The notes under the pieces: generated by a model
Seen by the model: the letters and a program-made list of their open reading frames with translations, nothing else
Database searches by the model: none
Told to the model about the DNA's origin: nothing
Translations under genes and position numbers: made by a program
From: Candidatus Saccharimonadota bacterium
Lineage (GTDB): Bacteria; Patescibacteriota; Saccharimonadia; Saccharimonadales; Saccharimonadaceae
Direction: 5' to 3'
DNA: 64,000 nt
Assembly (NCBI GenBank): GCA_017511865.1
Contig: JAFWIQ010000012.1
Span: 813 to 64,812, forward strand
Shown: one piece after another, positions 59,104 to 64,000 of the stretch
Position numbering within the stretch: the first letter of the stretch is position 1
Layout of the letters: every line of letters starts with the position of its first letter

Positions 59104-59787
59104 TTATTTTCGTACAATTTTAGCAAAAATCATTTTACCAGAAGAAGTCTCGTAAAATCTGACAAACTCCACTAGGACTTCCTTGCCAATTCTATTTGAT
59201 GCTTTATCCACTACTACCATTGTTCCGTCTGGCAGATGGCCAACACCCTGCCCCGGATTGGCTCCTTTTTCGATAATTTTTAGTTTGATTTTTTCGCCAG
59301 GCAAAAACTCGGTTCTTGTAGCCAGAGCTAAGTCATTGATGTTTAGTGTTTCTACTTTTTCCGCTTCCGCAACTTTTATGAGGTTATAATCAATCGTTAG
59401 CACAGTGCCTTTGTTTGCTTTAGCAAATTTCAGTAGTTCTTCATCTACTTTTTTGTATCCGTCACCATCATCTATGATTTCGGTATTTATCTTTATTACT
59501 CTTTCAAGCTCAGAAACTGCCTCAAGTCCAGCCCTGGCACGACTGCGTTTTTCTGAATCTTTCCCGTCGGCTAGTAGTTGAAGCTCTCTCAAAACACTTT
59601 TCAATATGATCAAATCCCCATCCAAAAACCCAGAGCGCGCAACATTTAATATGCGCCCATCTATCAATACTGACGTATCTACATAAATTTTACGTTTACC
59701 ACTATTCAGCGGACGATGCTCGCGCACAATCAGAAAAGTTGTTTCAATAAAAATCGCCAAACTAATTAATAATATAAATAATTCCAT
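59104..59787 (-). CDS. PIN/TRAM domain protein (YacL-like, single TM)
   Basis: VDTSVLIDGRI, TIDYNL and QGVGHLPDGTMVVV. Confidence 0.9.
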   Translation of the reverse strand: MELFILLISLAIFIETTFLIVREHRPLNSGKRKIYVDTSVLIDGRILNVARSGFLDGDLIILKSVLRELQLLADGKDSEKRSRARAGLEAVSELERVIKINTEIIDDGDGYKKVDEELLKFAKANKGTVLTIDYNLIKVAEAEKVETLNINDLALATRTEFLPGEKIKLKIIEKGANPGQGVGHLPDGTMVVVDKASNRIGKEVLVEFVRFYETSSGKMIFAKIVRK

Positions 59788-59794
59788 AACGAAA

Positions 59795-60964
59795 TTATTT
59801 TATCAAATCTTCACCATATTGAACAGCGTGCGCATGATTTTGGCGCAATATGTCCTCATATTTCAAAACTAAATCTTTTCTATTTTTTACTTTTGCAATA
59901 TCAATTGCCAAATCATAACGCGAGGCCATATTGCGCCTGAGCATTTCAAATGGCGTCGTGGTAGAGCCTTCTTCATTAAATCCATGTACACGGAGCCTTC
60001 GTCTTTCTGTGTAATTTTCCAAGATATTTTCAAAAGTTTCTGGATAACCATGAAAATTAGCTAGTATTGGTTTGTCTGGCGTAAATAGCTCCAAAAATCT
60101 TTCCTTAGACAGCTTATTTTTAGTCGTACCAATTGCGCGGTAGGATAAGGAATTAACTCCTACAAACCGAATTTTTACATCTGGCATATCTTCTTTTATA
60201 ATTCTGATAGCTTCTATTGTCTCATGCGCCACAATATCCCCGGCAGCCGTAAAGATAAAATCCGGATTGTCATCAGAGATAAAATCATACACTGAAGCCC
60301 CACCATTTACAAATTCAAAATTCGCATGATTTGAATCTATGTATCTAGGTCGGTCGTTTTTATCAAATGTTGTAAGATTTACAACATTTTTCGACTCCAT
60401 CATAAAATAAAATGCCTCCTCTGCTGCCACATCGTCTATCGGGAAAATGCAGTTTGCCAAATTTGATGGCACTGACAACAATGTAGAAATCAACGCTGGA
60501 GACTGATGTGTAAACCCATTATGGTCTTGTCGCCAGCAGGTGGACGTAGACAGTAGATTAATCGCTGGCAAAAACCTTCGCCATGCCACCATGCGAGATT
60601 GCTTGATGAATTTTATTTGCTGCAACAGTTGCGATGTGATGACTGGGAAAAACGCTTCGTAGCTACCCATCATAGCTTGCTCGCCGTTCATCAAATGACC
60701 CGTCATAACGGAAAACAAAACATTTTCTGATAGCATTTCTACAATCCTGCCACCTTTGCTTTCTGGCAAGTCCCAGGGCTGTTGCTCTAGCCCCCAAGCT
60801 CTTTTTTCTACTTCAAAAATCTTATCAAACTTATTTGAAGTAGTCTCATCCGGCGAAAAGAAATAAAAATGTGGATCTTTTTTAAATTGCTCAGTCAGCA
60901 ATTCTCCGATTCTTTTTGCTGGAGAAAACATTTCTTTACCAGGAATTTCTACTTTATCGATCAT
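59795..60964 (-). CDS. Phosphoketolase, central/C-terminal part
   Basis: SPDETTSN, EMLSE, SYEAF, WRQDHNGFTHQ and EEGSTTTPF. SD GGAGG before the ATG. Confidence 0.9.
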   Translation of the reverse strand: MIDKVEIPGKEMFSPAKRIGELLTEQFKKDPHFYFFSPDETTSNKFDKIFEVEKRAWGLEQQPWDLPESKGGRIVEMLSENVLFSVMTGHLMNGEQAMMGSYEAFFPVITSQLLQQIKFIKQSRMVAWRRFLPAINLLSTSTCWRQDHNGFTHQSPALISTLLSVPSNLANCIFPIDDVAAEEAFYFMMESKNVVNLTTFDKNDRPRYIDSNHANFEFVNGGASVYDFISDDNPDFIFTAAGDIVAHETIEAIRIIKEDMPDVKIRFVGVNSLSYRAIGTTKNKLSKERFLELFTPDKPILANFHGYPETFENILENYTERRRLRVHGFNEEGSTTTPFEMLRRNMASRYDLAIDIAKVKNRKDLVLKYEDILRQNHAHAVQYGEDLIK

Positions 60965-61952
60965 GTTGTTTTCTCCTCCATCCCTCAAGAAGCTCACATG
61001 TGGTTTCGTTTGCCTCCTCGGCCTGTTTGATTATTCTGTCAAACAACTCTTCCGGACCATAACTTTTTAGCCAGTCTTCCAGAATTCTCAATTCTCGTTC
61101 GTCAGTTTTTGGGTTCTTAAGCGGTATTTGATGGGCTTCATGGTGACGGTTGGGACCACCCTCGCCTTTTTCTGTCTTTAGAATATAAAATGGCGAATCT
61201 GCGCCTGTACTCAATGCATTCTGGAAAGCCTCCGTATCCTCGTCTCCCCTAATTGTTATTGGCGTAAAACCAAAACCCCGAATCAACTCATTTAATTCCC
61301 TTTCGGACTTTCTGGCGTATATTGATGGAGCAGAGATTTTATAACCATTCAAATGAAGAATCGGCAACACCTTTCCGTTCCTCGCACCAACCAGCAAGCT
61401 ACGTAGATTTAGAGAGTCAATGGCCGTAGCCGTCTCTAGTTCGCCATCCCCAATCAGCACGGCCACCGTCTTTTCTGGGTGCCCCAAGACCAATCCATAA
61501 GCATTAGCCAGTGCATACCCAAGTTCCCCGCCTTCGGTGATTACGGTCGGAGTGATGGGGCTTGCGTGAGATGGAAACCCATCGGGCCAAGAAAAATTTT
61601 TACAAATATATGCAATCCCGTCTTCGTCAAATGATGCTTTATAGTTAAATTTGGATAATTCCCCGTCAATAAATAAATTGGCCTGTAGAGCCGGAAAACC
61701 ATGCCCTGGACCGAGTACAAAAGCAAAATTATGGTCATCGCAAAAAAAGCTCTTTAAATTTGCATATGCTACATTTATACCATGACAAGTTCCCCAATGT
61801 CCAAGCAATCTAGGCTTAATATCGTCAAAAGTAAGAGGCCTCTTTAGTAAAAAATTATCCTGCAAAAAAAGCTGCGCCACTACCAAATAATCACAAAGCC
61901 TAATTCGCTCCCTGATTTTTAGAATAGTTTCCGCATTATTTTGCCCACTCAC
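60954..61952 (-). CDS. Phosphoketolase, N-terminal ThDP-binding part
   Basis: KPRLLGHWGT, GPGHG, EGGELGY, GDGE and LHLNGYKI. Confidence 0.9.
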   Translation of the reverse strand: MSGQNNAETILKIRERIRLCDYLVVAQLFLQDNFLLKRPLTFDDIKPRLLGHWGTCHGINVAYANLKSFFCDDHNFAFVLGPGHGFPALQANLFIDGELSKFNYKASFDEDGIAYICKNFSWPDGFPSHASPITPTVITEGGELGYALANAYGLVLGHPEKTVAVLIGDGELETATAIDSLNLRSLLVGARNGKVLPILHLNGYKISAPSIYARKSERELNELIRGFGFTPITIRGDEDTEAFQNALSTGADSPFYILKTEKGEGGPNRHHEAHQIPLKNPKTDERELRILEDWLKSYGPEELFDRIIKQAEEANETTCELLEGWRRKQHDR

Positions 61953-61983
61953 ACCAATATTATAGCATAATCGCTTTGAGAAT

Positions 61984-63960
61984 CTATTTTTTTGATTCCA
62001 TATAATCTTTTATTTTTTCAATTTCATCTCGGATTAATGCGGCTTTTTCAAATTCCAAATTTGCCGCCGCAAGTTGCATCTCCGAAGACAAAGATTTTAT
62101 CAAGGCTGGGAGCTCATCTTTTGGTATTCGCTTAATATCTAATTTGTCAATTTTTTCTTTTTCTGGAATAATTGCGCGCAGTCCTGCCCCAACCTCCTTC
62201 TTGATAGAAGTTGGTGTAATATTGTTTTTTGAATTGTATTCTTTCTGAATTTCTCGCCTTCTATTCGTTTCCGAAATCGCCTTCTCCATACTCTCCGTAA
62301 TAAAATTTGCATACATAATCACTTTGCCTTCTACGTGGCGCGCCGCTCTCCCAATTGTCTGGATGAGCGCCGATTCAGACCTTAGGAAGCCTTCCTTATC
62401 TGCATCCAAGATTGCCACCAAGGATACTTCTGGCAAATCTAGCCCCTCCCTCAAAAGATTTATGCCAACCAAGACGTCATAAACCCCAGCCCTAAGGTCT
62501 CGCAGGATATCGCCTCTTTCCAAGGTGTCAATATCCGAATGAATATAGGCAGTTTTTACCCCACGCTCTTTTAAATGGTCGGTCAAATCTTCCGCCATTC
62601 GCTTGGTCAGAGTTGTAATTAGCGTCCTTTGTCCTTTGGCGATTCTTTTGTCTATCTCCTCCATTAAGTCGTCAATTTGCCCATCCGAACTCCTAACTTC
62701 AATCTCAGGGTCAAGTAATCCTGTTGGGCGGATCACTTGTTCGGCTGGCGCCGGCGAATGTTCTAGCTCGTATTCTCCTGGGGTTGCAGACACATAAATC
62801 GCTTGGTTAATGCGATTTTGAAATTCGCCATAGGTCAGAGGTCTATTGTCTAACGCTGAAGGCAAACGAAATCCATAATCCACCAAAGTCATTTTTCTTG
62901 CATGGTCGCCGTTATACATTCCCCGCACCTGTGGCAAAGTCATATGGGATTCGTCTACGATTAGCAAAAAATCGTCTGGGAAGAAATCCAGCAAAGTCGC
63001 AGGTGGCTCTCCGGGCTTTCTTCCATCTAAGTGTCTCGAATAATTTTCAATCCCCTTCACAAAGCCAGTTTCTTTCAGCATTTCTAGGTCATATTTTGTT
63101 CTTTGGCTTAATCTTTGCGCTTCTAAATATTTTTGGTGTTTTTCAAAATACTTCAATCTTTCATCAAACTCTGCCCGAATGGTCGTGAGCGCCTTTTCTA
63201 GCTGATCTACTGGTGTAGCGTAATGCGTATTTGGAAAAATATGGACACGTTCTGGCTTCTCTCGCACGTCAAAAGTTAGCGGATCTATAATTTTGATATC
63301 CTCCAGAGTATCAAATCCAAATTCAAACCTATAAGCATGTTCTCCGTTCGCCGGGTATAAATCAATCGTATCTCCCATTACCCGGAAATTCCCCCGCTCA
63401 AACGCCAAATCATTCCTGTGGTATTGTATATTGACTAGTTTTCGGATAAATTCAACTTGAGGTATTGTTGTTCCGCATTTAATTTCAAAAGACATCTCTA
63501 GATAATGCTCTGGCGAACCGATACCATAAATACAAGACACTGAAGCAATCACGATTACATCTCGCCTTGTTAATAATGCCTCCGTCGCCCCATGCCTTAA
63601 TCTGTCAATTTCATCATTAATCGCTGAGTCCTTTTCTATATAGGTATCAGTCGATGCGATATAGGCCTCTGGTTGATAATAATCAAAATATGAAACAAAA
63701 TAATGCACTTCATTTTCTGGGAAGAAATCCCGGAATTCAGAATATAATTGTGCAGCCAAAGTTTTGTTGTGCGCCAAGATTAAGGTCGGTCTACCTGTAT
63801 TCTGGATGATATTTGCCATGGTAAAAGTTTTACCAGAGCCAGTCACGCCTAATAGCGTCTGTTCATGCACGCCACGATTAACCCCATCGGTCAGTTGCCT
63901 AATTGCCTTCGGCTGATCACCGGTGGGTTGGAATTTTGACACTAATTTAAACTTGGCCAT
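61984..63960 (-). CDS. uvrB: Excinuclease ABC subunit B
   Basis: GVTGSGKT, YYQPEAY, DESH, REGLDLPEV and QTIGRAAR. Confidence 0.98.
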   Translation of the reverse strand: MAKFKLVSKFQPTGDQPKAIRQLTDGVNRGVHEQTLLGVTGSGKTFTMANIIQNTGRPTLILAHNKTLAAQLYSEFRDFFPENEVHYFVSYFDYYQPEAYIASTDTYIEKDSAINDEIDRLRHGATEALLTRRDVIVIASVSCIYGIGSPEHYLEMSFEIKCGTTIPQVEFIRKLVNIQYHRNDLAFERGNFRVMGDTIDLYPANGEHAYRFEFGFDTLEDIKIIDPLTFDVREKPERVHIFPNTHYATPVDQLEKALTTIRAEFDERLKYFEKHQKYLEAQRLSQRTKYDLEMLKETGFVKGIENYSRHLDGRKPGEPPATLLDFFPDDFLLIVDESHMTLPQVRGMYNGDHARKMTLVDYGFRLPSALDNRPLTYGEFQNRINQAIYVSATPGEYELEHSPAPAEQVIRPTGLLDPEIEVRSSDGQIDDLMEEIDKRIAKGQRTLITTLTKRMAEDLTDHLKERGVKTAYIHSDIDTLERGDILRDLRAGVYDVLVGINLLREGLDLPEVSLVAILDADKEGFLRSESALIQTIGRAARHVEGKVIMYANFITESMEKAISETNRRREIQKEYNSKNNITPTSIKKEVGAGLRAIIPEKEKIDKLDIKRIPKDELPALIKSLSSEMQLAAANLEFEKAALIRDEIEKIKDYMESKK

Positions 63961-64000
63961 ATCTATTATTATATCATCTAGATTTGAATAACACGAAAAT

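Noticed and set aside
49..63188. Numerous short antisense or overlapping ORFs in the six-frame track (e.g. 898-1233, 13866-14345, 47661-48182, 53792-54334)
   Set aside because: They are shadows of well-supported genes on the opposite strand, with no motifs or expression signals.
1..64000. Alternative genetic code (TGA read as Gly, as in Gracilibacteria/Absconditabacteria)
   Set aside because: Long conserved genes are uninterrupted under code 11, and TGA ends genes at expected positions (e.g. dprA, gatB, xth).

Overview
Gene-dense, roughly 40% GC chromosomal segment that reads as a Patescibacteria (CPR) genome, most likely Saccharibacteria/TM7. This is inferred from compact genes, a CPR-style MurF-like protein, EF-G and DprA, sortase plus FemAB plus a type IV pilin, and TGA used as a stop. 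It carries housekeeping genes (dprA, pth, der, gltX, ruvB, xth, smpB, dnaE, rpsJ, tuf, fusA, gatCAB, murJ, PBP1A, uvrB), five tRNAs and several accessory cassettes. No CRISPR array, rRNA, integrase or transposase is visible. The main unexplained signals are: (1) long palindromic, in-frame insertions inside three conserved genes (xth, der, a DegT aminotransferase); (2) a roughly 310-nt ORF-less structured transcript unit with a perfect sigma70 promoter and a terminator; (3) a boxA-like motif in three leadered accessory transcripts, against a background of apparently leaderless mRNAs; (4) a murF/hydrolase/aminotransferase/femAB/femAB operon, and a PLP-enzyme plus ATP-grasp pair between murJ and PBP1A; (5) a sigma4-coiled coil-alphaCTD-like protein, a ComEC-YebC read-through ORF, a split phosphoketolase and a membrane-anchored HEPN-like gene inside gatCAB. 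All family calls come from motif recognition by eye. No database search or folding program was run.
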